The position numbers and the translations under genes are program-made. From the NCBI GenBank assembly GCA_965261935.1, contig OZ253485.1:1139005-1203004 (forward strand): a DNA stretch of 64,000 nt. The letters run 5' to 3'. Shown piece after piece: positions 1 to 9,583 of the stretch; positions within the stretch are counted from its first letter, which is position 1, and the number at the start of each line of letters is the position of its first letter. Under the pieces are notes generated by a model that did no database searches, had not been told where the DNA came from, and saw nothing but the letters and a program-made list of their open reading frames with translations. This DNA is from Dehalococcoidia bacterium. GTDB lineage: Bacteria > Chloroflexota > Dehalococcoidia > Lucifugimonadales > G963668185.

Positions 1-112
1 TTGACCACGGTCGTTTCCTTCTCGCGTGAGGTAGGCGTTTCAGCCGGGCAAGAATAGCAAGAAGGCCTTGAACCTGCAAACGGAAGCGGCTGCGCTGCTG
101 GCTGGCTGACTA

Positions 113-930
113 TGGGGGAAACCCCATCCCAACCTTCCCCAGCAGACTGGGGAAGGGGCCAGGAGGGACTCAGGGCAGGCTCTCCCATCAAAGCGACCGT
201 TGCAAGACGTCAGTACGCGTGGGGGAAACCCCATCCCAGCCTTCCCCAGCAGACTGGGGAAGGGGTCAGGAGGGCGTCGGGGCAGGCTCTACCATCGAAG
301 GGACCTTTGCATATCTACTTGTGTGTGGAGGGGAACCCCATCCCAGCCTTCCCCAGCAGACTGGGGAAGGGGCCAGGAGGGACTCGGGACGGGGTCTCCC
401 ATCAAAGGGACCTTTGCAAGACGCCACTACGCGTGGGAGAAACCCCATCCCAGCCTTCCCCAGCAGACTGGGGAAGGGGTCGGAGGGACTCGGGACGGGG
501 TCTCCCATCAAAGGGACTTTTGCAAGACGTCAGTACGCGTGGGGGAAACCCCATCCCAGCCTTCCCCAGCAGACTGGGGAAGGGGTCGGAGGGACTCAGG
601 GCGGGGCAGGCTCGTCCATCAAAGGGACCGTTGCAAGACGCCAGTACGCGTGGGAGAAACCCCATCCCAACCTTCCCCAGCAGACTGGGGAAGGGGTCAG
701 GAGGGCGTCGGGGCAGGCTCTCAGCTAGAGGGAGACGTTTGCGAGACGCCAGTGCGCGTGGGAGAAACCCCATCCCAACCTTCCCCAGCAGACTGGGGAA
801 GGGGCCAGGAGGGACTGAGGACGGGGTCGGGGCCTCCCATCAAAGGGACTTTTGCAAGACGTCAGTACGCGTGGGGGAAACCCCATCCCAACCTTCCCCA
901 GCAGACTGGAGAAGGGGTCGGAGAACTCTC
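113..930. repeat. Tandem array of 7 full units plus 1 truncated unit of 106-113 nt. Each unit carries the hairpin CCTTCCCCAG-caga-CTGGGGAAGG and a second short palindrome (TCCC-atcaaa-GGGA / CAAAGG-ga-CCTTTG).
   Basis: Unit starts (TGGGrGAAACCCCATCCCArCC) read at 113, 220, 326, 434, 540, 651, 759 and 872. The whole unit is conserved, not only a core. Unit lengths are not multiples of 3, and several frames on both strands stay open. Confidence 0.85.
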
Positions 931-948
931 TCCAAAGGCCCGCACGAC

Positions 949-1035
949 GGTTGTGCAAAGGTCTCCATCGAGGGAGAGGAAGTCTCGTTGGGTGCATGAC
1001 GGGGTTGTGCAAATGTCTCCATCAAGGGGGACAGG
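949..1035. repeat. Two degenerate direct repeats (~54-nt period) of GGTTGTGCAAAkGTCTCCATCrAGGG at the edge of the main array
   Basis: Copies begin at 949 and 1003. The core CTCCATCAAGGG resembles the second palindrome of the array units. Confidence 0.6.
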
Positions 1036-1252
1036 ATACGTAGCTGCACTGCCCCTTGGCCTCACCTTCGCGTTGAAGCTGCAATGCGCAGTTACCTACC
1101 CCTATCAGCCCGTCAAGGGAGAGGAGGGCTTGTCAGGTAAGCGACCGTGTTAGCGGGGGTTTACTTTCCGGGCAGGTTGGTGAGGAATTAGGATGGGGCC
1201 TTACATCAAGAAAACAGGGTGAGCGCTCCGGGCCGTGGGCCGGGGCCTGGAA

Positions 1253-2431
1253 ATGAGGATGATAGTGAAGAGCTTTCTGACGCATCTCGAATGCACTTAC
1301 TGCGGACGCGAGCACTCGTCGGAGGAGCCGCACAGGCTGTGCGTCGACTGCGGCAAGGTTCTCTATGCCAGGTACGACCTGGAAGGCGCGGCGGCGGCGC
1401 TCAGGCGGGAGGACCTCGCTGGGCGGCCCGCCAACATGTGGCGCTACTTCGAGTTGATGCCGGTGCGGGCCGAGGGGAACGTGCTGACGCTCGGCGAGGG
1501 GTTCACGCCGATCTTCGAGGCGGACCGGTTAGCGGGCCGGCTGGGCTTCGAGAAGTTACTCATAAAGGATGAGGGCCTGAACCCCACCGGCTCGTTCAAG
1601 GCGCGAGGCATGTCGGCCGCGGTGTCGAAGGCAAAGGAGCTGGGCATTACCAAGATCACGATGCCCTCCGCAGGAAACGCCGCCGGGGCCACGGCCGCGT
1701 ACGCGGCACGAGGCGGGATGGAGGCGCACGTGTTCATGCCAAGGGACGCGCCGGAGGCCGCGCAGAAGGAGTCGCTGCAGTACGGAGCGCGCCTGACGCT
1801 GGTCGACGGCCTGATAAGCGACGCCGGGCAGCTATCGCGAGCGATGGCCGAGGAGCACGGGCTGTTCGACATGTCCACGCTACAGGAGCCGTACAGGGCT
1901 GAGGGCAAGAAGACGATGGGGTACGAGATCGCGGAGCAGATGGGCTGGTCGCTGCCGGACGCCATCGTGTACCCGACGGGCGGCGGTACGGGCATCGTGG
2001 GTATGTGGAAGGCGTTCGCGGAGATGGAGACGATGGGCTGGATTGGGCCGGAGCGCCCGAAGATGTTCTGCGTGCAGGCGGAGGGCTGCGCGCCGATCGT
2101 GCGAGCGTTCGAGGCAGGGTCGGAGTTCGCCGAACCGTGGGAGGGCGCGGAAACGATAGCGCCGGGGATTCGAGTGCCGGGCGCGATCGGCGACTACCTG
2201 ATACTCGGGGCGCTGCGCGAGAGCGGAGGCGGGGCGTTGACGGTCTCGGACCAGGAGATCCGCGAGTACATGGCGGAGGTCACGGCGCTGGAAGGGGTGT
2301 TCATGTGCCCGGAGGGCGCGGCGACGGCAGCCGCGCTGCCGAAACTGCTGGCGAGCGGCGCGCTGGACCGGAGCGATGCCGTGCTGCTGATGAATACCGG
2401 CTCCGGGCTCAAGAACCTGGAGCTTATCTAA
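1253..2431 (+). CDS. thrC: Threonine synthase (PLP-dependent, PALP fold) with an N-terminal Cys-rich zinc-ribbon-like segment
   Basis: ORF 1235..2431. Motifs LECTYCG...CVDCG and NPTGSFKARGMS (PLP lysine context), with a Gly-rich GGGTG loop. Start placed at ATG 1253; GTG 1235 and ATG 1259 are alternatives. Confidence 0.75.
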   Translation: MRMIVKSFLTHLECTYCGREHSSEEPHRLCVDCGKVLYARYDLEGAAAALRREDLAGRPANMWRYFELMPVRAEGNVLTLGEGFTPIFEADRLAGRLGFEKLLIKDEGLNPTGSFKARGMSAAVSKAKELGITKITMPSAGNAAGATAAYAARGGMEAHVFMPRDAPEAAQKESLQYGARLTLVDGLISDAGQLSRAMAEEHGLFDMSTLQEPYRAEGKKTMGYEIAEQMGWSLPDAIVYPTGGGTGIVGMWKAFAEMETMGWIGPERPKMFCVQAEGCAPIVRAFEAGSEFAEPWEGAETIAPGIRVPGAIGDYLILGALRESGGGALTVSDQEIREYMAEVTALEGVFMCPEGAATAAALPKLLASGALDRSDAVLLMNTGSGLKNLELI

Positions 2432-2490
2432 GAGCGCCGCGCGCCTCCGTGCAGCTTGGCGAACAGCTTGGCGGGCAACTGCGTAGGCCC

Positions 2491-2520
2491 TTGACACAAT
2501 TTGCGCGAAAGTGATAGTTT
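2491..2520 (+). promoter_or_regulatory. Candidate sigma70-type promoter upstream of the small membrane ORF and ACIII operon
   Basis: TTGACA (2491-2496), 18-nt spacer, TAGTTT (2515-2520), preceded by TG at 2512-2513 (extended -10). Confidence 0.35.
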
Positions 2521-2583
2521 TCACCAAGCTTTTGAAGGCCGTCGCACTGGCCTTCAGGCTAAACCGGCACAGATAGGAACTGT

Positions 2584-2895
2584 ATGGACCCTGCTCATCT
2601 AGGGGCGGCTGAATGGGCGGAAGTTGGCAAGCTCGTCACCAACCTCTGGTTCATGGTCGGCATGATCGTACTGTTCTCGACCAACATGCTGCTCGGCCAC
2701 GTGTTCGTACCTTCGCTGGTGGCGACCCGGCACCTTCCTGAATCGTGCAGCAGAACGCGCCCGGTCTTCTATGCGTTGGCGATCATCTCGTTTGCCGCCT
2801 TCGTCTACTTCCTTATACGTACGATAGATGTGGCCGTTCTTGCCAACGACGGAAACGGCATCATAGACCGAATTTTCCCGAAGTTCTGGATATAA
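2584..2895 (+). CDS. Small hydrophobic membrane protein, function unknown
   Basis: 103-aa ORF with 2-3 hydrophobic stretches (LVTNLWFMVGMIVLFSTNMLLGHVFV, VFYALAIISFAAFVYFLI). No recognisable motif and a weak RBS. Confidence 0.4.
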   Translation: MDPAHLGAAEWAEVGKLVTNLWFMVGMIVLFSTNMLLGHVFVPSLVATRHLPESCSRTRPVFYALAIISFAAFVYFLIRTIDVAVLANDGNGIIDRIFPKFWI

Positions 2896-3062
2896 GAATC
2901 TAACTCAATATGACAGGCGCCCTGGTCCCACTCAACCGCCCCGGAAGATCTTCTGTCTGGGGGACATCCCCTAGACTCCCTCTTCCAACGAGTCTTGGGA
3001 CAGCTATAAGACGCTGCGATAAGCCCATGCTAACCGTCGGCAGGCCGGAGTCCTGATCCCAG

Positions 3063-3671
3063 TTGCTACCCGGTGACTTTCAAATACGGCGGCCCTCTCG
3101 AAAGGGTTTCTTCCTGCTGGGCCTGCTGGGTTTCTCCGGCTTGGTGGGCCTGGTCGTGCTGGTCGGCGTGCTCACGTTCGTGGTCTCGGCGTGGCTGGGC
3201 AGACCGCTCTCGGTCTTCGGTCAGACGGACGCGCCGACGCAGCCCATCGACTTCCCGCACCCAGTCCACGTGCAAGAGGTAGGTCTCGACTGCACGTTCT
3301 GTCACCGGAACGTCACCAAGGGAGCGGCAGCCTCTATTCCGGCAGTAAACCTGTGCATGACGTGCCACATGACCGTCGGCGACGGCCTGGCGGAAGTGGA
3401 GAAGCTGCGGGACTATCACGCCGCGGGCCAGAGCATAGACTGGCTGCGGGTGCACCGGATTCCCGATCACGTAAATTTCGTCCACGAGGCGCACATCAGA
3501 TTCTTCTCAGAGCGCGATAACGTGGCCCCCGCCGAAGTGTGCTCCACCTGCCATGGGGATGTTGGCGCAATGATCAGGGTCGAGCAGGTGAGGTCGCTGA
3601 AGATGGGGGACTGCGTGGACTGCCACCGCGACAACGACGCTCCAACCGACTGCACGACGTGCCACTATTGA
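3063..3671 (+). CDS. actA: Alternative Complex III subunit ActA, membrane-anchored pentaheme cytochrome c
   Basis: Five CxxCH motifs (CTFCH, CMTCH, CSTCH, CVDCH, CTTCH) after an N-terminal TM helix. First gene of the act cluster. The TTG start at 3063 is uncertain. Confidence 0.8.
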   Translation: MLPGDFQIRRPSRKGFFLLGLLGFSGLVGLVVLVGVLTFVVSAWLGRPLSVFGQTDAPTQPIDFPHPVHVQEVGLDCTFCHRNVTKGAAASIPAVNLCMTCHMTVGDGLAEVEKLRDYHAAGQSIDWLRVHRIPDHVNFVHEAHIRFFSERDNVAPAEVCSTCHGDVGAMIRVEQVRSLKMGDCVDCHRDNDAPTDCTTCHY

Positions 3672-3693
3672 TGAGGGCTAAGACGGACTCCAC

Positions 3694-5967
3694 ATGGGTT
3701 TGACACGAAGACAGTTCATGACCCTCTTTGGAGGTACGGCGGTCTCCGCCGTGGCCTTCCAGGCGTGCGGAATTCCAGCGCATGAGATGCTGGTGCAGTC
3801 GCCGCTGCAGATGCCCGAAGACCTGGTTACCGGGCTGGACAACTGGTACGCGACTCTGTGCGGCCAGTGCCCATCGCAGGAAGGCATAGTGGTAAGGGTC
3901 GTCGAGGGCCGCGCCAAGAAGGTGGAAGGCAACCCGGACTACCCGATCAACCAGGGCAAGCACAGCGCCCGATGCGAAGCGGGGCTGCAGGCGCTGTACC
4001 ACCCGGACCGGATCGCCGGTCCGATGGTGCGGTACGGCGAGCGCGGCGAGAACAAGTGGGACGAGATCGGCTGGGTGGACGGCATCACGAGGATTGCGGC
4101 ACGACTGGAAGATCTGCCCCACGGCCGGCGAAAGAACGTGGTGGTGCTCACGAATCCCGAGAACGCGCACCTGGGGCATGTGATAAGCCGGTTCGTGGAA
4201 GGGTTCGGAGCCCAACACCTGAACTATGAAACGCTGGAGCGCACCAACCTAGACGCCGCGACGCGGTACGCGTTCGGCGACGAGTTCATGCCGGACTTCG
4301 ACATCGCCGAGTCGGAGATGGTCCTGTCTTTCGGCGCGGACTTCCTGAACACCTGGGTCTCTCCGGTACGGTACGCAAGGGCGTACGGCGAGTTCCGGCA
4401 GGGCAACCGATCGCGCGGCAAGCTGGTCCATGTTGACTCACGGCTGTCGCTGACCGCCGCGAACGCCGACGAGTGGGTGTACGTGGAGCCCGGTATGGAG
4501 GGCCTGCTCGCTCGAAGCATAGCGGCCGCACTCATCGAGGAGGGGAGCGCAGACCCGGCGGCGGCGGATCGAATCACCGGAGGCGATCCTGAAGGGTTCG
4601 TGTCCAGGTTCTCGCCGGAAAGCGCCGCGGCCCGGCTCAGCCAGGTGACGGCGCAGAAGATACGGGACATCGCTCACGACTTTGCAAGTCATCAGCCGGG
4701 AATCGCGTTGGGCGGCGGCTCGGCAGGCGCTCACACGAACGGCTACTCGAACCTAGCGGCCGTGTACGCGCTCAACGCGCTGGTTGGCAGCGTGGGCACT
4801 AAGGGCGGCGTACTGCGCAACCCCGCGCCATTCGTGGAGCCTCCAAAGGCAGCAGAGCGTGCCTCGTTTTCACGGATGCAGGAGCTCGTCAGCGATATGC
4901 GCGCCGGCAGGGTCGACGCCCTGCTTGTGCGAGGCGTGGACCCGATGTTCGGCCTCCCGGAGTCTCTGGGCTTCAGGGACGCCTCTTACAACGTCCCTCT
5001 GATCGTCAGCTTCTCGGAGATCCTTGACGATACGGCGGACATGGCGGACATTGTCCTGCCCCAGAACAGCCCGCTGGAGGACTGGGGCAGCAGCGTGCCG
5101 AACCCCGGCGCGGGCATGCGGCTGGTCGGATTCCAGCAGCCCGTGGTACGCCCGTACTTCGAGCCGCGAGGACTGCAACTCGGCACCAAGAACTTCGGCG
5201 AGGTGCTGATGGCGCTGGCCAAGGCGCTGGACATGGACCTTGGGCTAGAGGCCGACACGTTCAAGGACGTGTTGCAGGCCGACGCACGCGCAATGTGGGA
5301 AACCGGGCGGGGATCGGTCGGGACAACGCCAACATCGTCCTTCACGGACTTCCGCGCGTTCTGGAACGCCGCGCTTATGCACGGGTTCTGGCAGGAGGAT
5401 GGCGGCACAGCGGGCGTTGGAAGCGCCAACCTGGACCAGTTGCCCGAGCACAGGGAGCCTTCGGCGTCCGGGCCCCAGGGATCGAGTACCTTCGACCTGG
5501 TGCCGTTCGCGTCCTCCGGCCTGCTGGACGGACGCGGCGCTCACCTGCCGTGGCTCCAAGCGATGACCGATACGCTCACGACCGCCGCCTGGCAGACGTG
5601 GGCCGAAATCAATCACAACGTGGCGGAGGAGATGGGGATCAAGGAAGGCGACGTGCTCCGACTGAGTTCAGGAGCAGGAGAGATTCTTGCCCTCGCCTAT
5701 CCACATCCGGGGGTTGCGCCAAACGCGGTCTGCGTGCCGATGGGGCAGGGGCACACGGCGAATGGGCGCTACGCGGCAGGGCGCGGCAGCAACGTGATGG
5801 ACGCACTGGCGCCCGCGACCGACGAGGACACTGGGGCGCTGGCGTGGGCGGCAACGCGTGTACGCGTAGAGAAGACCGGGGATTGGGTGAGGCTGCCCAA
5901 GTTCGAAAACACGAAGCCTGATTTGGCCATTGACGAGCATAACGACGTGATCAAGATCACATCGTGA
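3694..5967 (+). CDS. actB1: ACIII subunit ActB1, molybdopterin-oxidoreductase-like domain with a Tat signal
   Basis: Twin-arginine signal MGLTRRQFMTLFGG. 757 aa with MopB-like architecture, followed by a separate Fe-S subunit gene. Confidence 0.8.
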   Translation: MGLTRRQFMTLFGGTAVSAVAFQACGIPAHEMLVQSPLQMPEDLVTGLDNWYATLCGQCPSQEGIVVRVVEGRAKKVEGNPDYPINQGKHSARCEAGLQALYHPDRIAGPMVRYGERGENKWDEIGWVDGITRIAARLEDLPHGRRKNVVVLTNPENAHLGHVISRFVEGFGAQHLNYETLERTNLDAATRYAFGDEFMPDFDIAESEMVLSFGADFLNTWVSPVRYARAYGEFRQGNRSRGKLVHVDSRLSLTAANADEWVYVEPGMEGLLARSIAAALIEEGSADPAAADRITGGDPEGFVSRFSPESAAARLSQVTAQKIRDIAHDFASHQPGIALGGGSAGAHTNGYSNLAAVYALNALVGSVGTKGGVLRNPAPFVEPPKAAERASFSRMQELVSDMRAGRVDALLVRGVDPMFGLPESLGFRDASYNVPLIVSFSEILDDTADMADIVLPQNSPLEDWGSSVPNPGAGMRLVGFQQPVVRPYFEPRGLQLGTKNFGEVLMALAKALDMDLGLEADTFKDVLQADARAMWETGRGSVGTTPTSSFTDFRAFWNAALMHGFWQEDGGTAGVGSANLDQLPEHREPSASGPQGSSTFDLVPFASSGLLDGRGAHLPWLQAMTDTLTTAAWQTWAEINHNVAEEMGIKEGDVLRLSSGAGEILALAYPHPGVAPNAVCVPMGQGHTANGRYAAGRGSNVMDALAPATDEDTGALAWAATRVRVEKTGDWVRLPKFENTKPDLAIDEHNDVIKITS

Positions 5968-6022
5968 GATCGATAGACAGGCTGGACAAGGCCGCGGCGG
6001 CCTGACCGGCAGGAGCGATTAC

Positions 6023-6757
6023 ATGGGAAACAAGTGGGGAATGGTCGTTGACATCGACCGGTGCATCGGTTGCCAGGCGTGCGTGATCGCCTGTCAATCT
6101 GAGAACAACGTTCCCATCAACACGGAGGGGCTGTACAACCAGCGCCGCGCCATCCAGTGGATACGGGTGGAACGCTACTGGGAAGGCGAATTCCCGGACG
6201 TGAAGGCAAGGTTCATTCCAATAATGTGCCAGCACTGCGCGGACGCGCCATGCGAGCCGGTGTGTCCTGTATTCGCCACCTACCACAACGAAGAAGGCAT
6301 GAACGTTCAGGTGTATAACCGCTGCATCGGTACGCGGTTCTGCGCCAACAACTGCCCGTACCACGTGAGGTTCTTCAACTTCTGGGAGCCGGAATGGCCG
6401 GATAGCCTCAAGAACCAGCTCAACCCGGACGTTACGGTGCGCAGCCGGGGAATCATGGAGAAGTGCTCTTTCTGCGTCCAACGGATCAGGAGAGCGTCGA
6501 GGGAAGCGGACCGAGATGGACGGGAGGTGGCGGACGGAGATCGAGCGCTCAATCCCGCCTGCGTTAACGCCTGCCCGACGGACGCGCTGACGTTCGGCAA
6601 TCTGAACGACGAGAACAGCAAAGCGCGAAAGATGGTGGACGAGGAGTCGTCGCACGACGGGCGCGGATACCACCTGTTCGACAAGCTGGGCACAAACCCA
6701 AACGTGCTCTATCTGAAGAAGGTCGAAGAGGGTGCCAAGGAAGGAGCACATGCGTAA
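6023..6757 (+). CDS. actB2: ACIII subunit ActB2, 4Fe-4S ferredoxin-type iron-sulfur protein
   Basis: Cys clusters CIGCQACVIAC, CQHCADAPCEPVCP, CIGTRFCANNCP and CSFCVQR...CVNACP. RBS AGGAG upstream of ATG 6023. Confidence 0.85.
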   Translation: MGNKWGMVVDIDRCIGCQACVIACQSENNVPINTEGLYNQRRAIQWIRVERYWEGEFPDVKARFIPIMCQHCADAPCEPVCPVFATYHNEEGMNVQVYNRCIGTRFCANNCPYHVRFFNFWEPEWPDSLKNQLNPDVTVRSRGIMEKCSFCVQRIRRASREADRDGREVADGDRALNPACVNACPTDALTFGNLNDENSKARKMVDEESSHDGRGYHLFDKLGTNPNVLYLKKVEEGAKEGAHA

Positions 6758-8171
6758 CGGCTCGGGCCCGGGGGAGTCAACCCACGTGGCAAGCGCTGCT
6801 TCTGCCGACATTGGCCGGGACCTCTTGGCGCGCCACGAAAGACCGCCACCGGCGTTCAAGATCGCGGTGGCGGTCTGCGGCGTGCTTCTGGTCCTCGGCA
6901 TCATCGGCTTCATCCTCAGACTGACCGACGGCGTGGGGAACAAGACGCTTTGGGGATATCACGCCGCGCTGTTCGCCTTCATACTGACAACCTGCCAGGC
7001 GGCGCCAATGGCCGCAATCGCGCCACGCCTTGCCAAGGCCCAGTGGCGGCGGCCGATCTCTCGCACGGCGGAGATGTTCACTGCCGTCGGGCTCGTCAAT
7101 CTCGTCCTGTTCATACCGCTTCTCTGGGTCTTGCCGAGCCTTGAAGACGGGCGACGTTCTCTGTGGTTCTTCGGCGCCGGCGGCCCAAATTCCGAGTATT
7201 TCAACGTTCCGACGCACTCGCCGCACATATGGACAGCGCTGGCACTGGGCTCGCTTGTCTTAGTTGGCCTGATGATGCTGTGGGTCTCGGCCCTGCCGGA
7301 CTTTGCTGCACTGCGCGACCACTCGTCGGGATGGCGGCAACGCTGGGGCCGAAGACTGGCTCGCGGATGGTACGGCACGTCCAAGCAGTGGCACATGCAG
7401 AAGCACCGCCTGGGAATCCTGGGGGCGTTCTACTTCATGATGCTCGTGTTCGTCCACTTCCTGGTGTCCGTGGACTTCGCGATGACATTGATCCCGGGCT
7501 GGATCGATGCGCTCTACCCGGCCACCCACGCGGCGAACGCGCTACAGGCAGGCGCGGCTACCGTGATAGTCACGATGTACGTGCTTCACAGGTGGTGCGG
7601 ATACAAGGACGTTATTACCCTGGACCACTTCTGGGGCCTGGGCAAGCTGATGTTCGCACTGTCGCTGCTGTGGTTCTGGTTCTGGTTTTCCAGTTTCATC
7701 ATCCTGTGGTATGGCAAGAAGCCCGGCGAGCAGGCGGCAATAGAGCTGCTGATGACAGGATCGTACTGGCCGATCTTCCTGGCTACATTCCTGCTAACGT
7801 TCGTGGTGCCTCTGTTCGTGCTGGTGTGGAACCCGGTGCGGAAGAGCGTGCTTGGACCGACCCTGATCGCGTCCGGCATCCTAATCGGCACGTTCCTCGA
7901 CCGCGTCAGGCTATACGTGGGGGCGTACTCGGTGGCAGACCAGTCGCACCTGCCTGAGCTGTCGATGGACGCGATCCCGCCTGGGCATGCTCCCGGCCTG
8001 GAGGACATATTCCTGATACTCGGCGTGCTGGGAGGGTCTGTGCTGGTGTACCTGTTGGCGACGAGGGTGATACCGATCGTCAACATCTGGGAGCAGAAGG
8101 AAGGCTCAATGTACGAGTGGCACAAGCGTTTCCACAGGACCGAAGTCAGGGTCCTGGCAAAGCCAGACTAG
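6750..8171 (+). CDS. actC: ACIII subunit ActC, NrfD/PsrC-type polytopic membrane quinol-interacting subunit
   Basis: ORF 6732..8171 with many TM helices. ATG 6750 follows GAAGGAG and overlaps the actB2 stop by 8 nt. Confidence 0.8.
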   Translation: MRNGSGPGESTHVASAASADIGRDLLARHERPPPAFKIAVAVCGVLLVLGIIGFILRLTDGVGNKTLWGYHAALFAFILTTCQAAPMAAIAPRLAKAQWRRPISRTAEMFTAVGLVNLVLFIPLLWVLPSLEDGRRSLWFFGAGGPNSEYFNVPTHSPHIWTALALGSLVLVGLMMLWVSALPDFAALRDHSSGWRQRWGRRLARGWYGTSKQWHMQKHRLGILGAFYFMMLVFVHFLVSVDFAMTLIPGWIDALYPATHAANALQAGAATVIVTMYVLHRWCGYKDVITLDHFWGLGKLMFALSLLWFWFWFSSFIILWYGKKPGEQAAIELLMTGSYWPIFLATFLLTFVVPLFVLVWNPVRKSVLGPTLIASGILIGTFLDRVRLYVGAYSVADQSHLPELSMDAIPPGHAPGLEDIFLILGVLGGSVLVYLLATRVIPIVNIWEQKEGSMYEWHKRFHRTEVRVLAKPD

Positions 8172-8197
8172 TAAGACTGTAGGTTCAAGAAAGCCAA

Positions 8198-9574
8198 ATG
8201 CAGGAACACGTACAGTTAGACCAGAGGACAATAAACCGCGAGCTGCTGAACGGCGTGCTCGGCTTCAGAAGCTGGTGGATGCCGGCGCTGGGGATATCGG
8301 CGATCGTGTTCCTGGCGGGCGCCGCGGCCTTCGGCTACATGCTGAACAAGGGTGTGGGAGTGACCGGCCTGAACCGTCCCGTGTTCTGGGGCTTCTTCAT
8401 GGTCAACTTCGTGTTCTGGATCGGCATAAGCCACGCGGGGATCATGATCTCTGCCATACTCAGGCTGAACCATGCGGAGTGGCGCCGACCGGTGACCCGG
8501 GCGGCCGAGGTTCTTACGGTGTTCTCCCTTACGGCCGCGCTCATGGCCGCCCCTCTGGTCCACGTGGGCAGGCCATGGCGCGCCGATCTGTGGGTGTTCC
8601 CATACGACTTTGCCAGGGGCGTGTGGATCAACATACGCTCGCCCTTCATTTGGGACCCATCGGCCGTGATGACGTATTTGACGGCCAGCACGCTTTTCGT
8701 GATTGTTGCGCTGCTTCCGGACTTAGCAATCATCCGAGACAGAACTACCGGCTGGGTGCACAGGGTGTACAGCGTGCTCTGCCTCGGCTGGCGCGGCACG
8801 CCAAGGCAGTGGAAGCTGCAGGCATTGGCCGGCATACTTCTCTCCGCGCTAGTTCTCCCGGTGTTCGTTTCGGTACACAGCATTGTGTCTTGGGACTTCG
8901 CGGTCCAGATCGGCGTCGAGGGATGGCACTCCACGATCTTCGCTCCGTACTTCATTATCGGCGCGATTCACTCCGGAGTGGCCGCCGTGGCAACGGTCAT
9001 GGTGTTGATGGTCTGGGGCTTCAAGTGGCAGAATTACCTCACGCCGGACCATATGGACGCCATAGGCAGGCTCCTGATCGTGGTGGGCGTCACATGGTTT
9101 TTCTTCTTCTTCCTGGAATGGGTGTTTGCCCTGTACACGCTCGAGGCGCCGGAAGTGGCGATGAGGGAACTTCAGGTATTCCAGTGGCCGTGGTCCGGGC
9201 TGTTCATACTGTTCCTGATTACGGCGTTCTTCTTTCCGGTCACGGCCTGGCTGTTCCGCAACGTGCGCCGCAGCTTCCGGCTGATGTTCATAACGACGGT
9301 GTCAGTCAACGTTGGAATGTGGCTCGAGCGCTTCCTGATCATTGTGCCCGGCCTCATGAGAAGACAGCACATGGTGTTCGACTGGGGCTCTTACCACCCG
9401 AGCATGATCGAGATACTGATGGTTTCGGCCACATTCGCCTGGGTGGTGATGGGCATGATCCTGTTCTCCAAGGTATGTCCACTGATACCGCTTTTTGACG
9501 TCAAAGAGGCTATGGTCTTCAGAGACGAGACAAAGATCGGCCGGCGAACCGTGCCAGCTACAATCAGAGAGTAA
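8198..9574 (+). CDS. actF: Second NrfD-type membrane subunit, ActF-like paralogue of ActC
   Basis: 458-aa polytopic membrane protein. The fold pattern is alignable to the preceding gene (e.g. W-R-R-P...RxAE motif in both). Confidence 0.7.
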   Translation: MQEHVQLDQRTINRELLNGVLGFRSWWMPALGISAIVFLAGAAAFGYMLNKGVGVTGLNRPVFWGFFMVNFVFWIGISHAGIMISAILRLNHAEWRRPVTRAAEVLTVFSLTAALMAAPLVHVGRPWRADLWVFPYDFARGVWINIRSPFIWDPSAVMTYLTASTLFVIVALLPDLAIIRDRTTGWVHRVYSVLCLGWRGTPRQWKLQALAGILLSALVLPVFVSVHSIVSWDFAVQIGVEGWHSTIFAPYFIIGAIHSGVAAVATVMVLMVWGFKWQNYLTPDHMDAIGRLLIVVGVTWFFFFFLEWVFALYTLEAPEVAMRELQVFQWPWSGLFILFLITAFFFPVTAWLFRNVRRSFRLMFITTVSVNVGMWLERFLIIVPGLMRRQHMVFDWGSYHPSMIEILMVSATFAWVVMGMILFSKVCPLIPLFDVKEAMVFRDETKIGRRTVPATIRE

Positions 9575-9583
9575 GGACGGGCG

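Noticed and set aside
113-930. Left-edge repeat array as a CRISPR array
   Set aside because: The ~107-nt period is too long. The sequence between the conserved cores is itself homologous from unit to unit, so there are no unique spacers. No cas genes are present in the window.
112-1153. Long ORFs 112..999, 200..1153 and 219..728 as repeat proteins (GETPSQPSPADWGRG...)
   Set aside because: Three plus-strand frames and several minus-strand frames are open simultaneously. Unit lengths differ by non-multiples of 3, and the same core occurs in another intergenic region. This is translation of a GC-rich non-coding repeat.
2534-2555. Hairpin GAAGGCC-gtcgcact-GGCCTTC as the thrC terminator
   Set aside because: It has no U tract, and it lies downstream of the candidate promoter for the next transcription unit. 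It may be a 5'-UTR structure instead.
3694-5967. ActB1 as a catalytic polysulfide/tetrathionate-type molybdoenzyme
   Set aside because: The gene context (pentaheme ActA, DUF3341-like ActD, monoheme ActE, two NrfD paralogues) is diagnostic of Alternative Complex III. The N-terminal Fe-S motif is also incomplete.
5957-6943. 328-aa minus-strand ORF
   Set aside because: It is antisense to actB2 and the actC start, Arg/Ala/Pro-rich and without motifs. This is a typical shadow ORF of a high-GC coding region.
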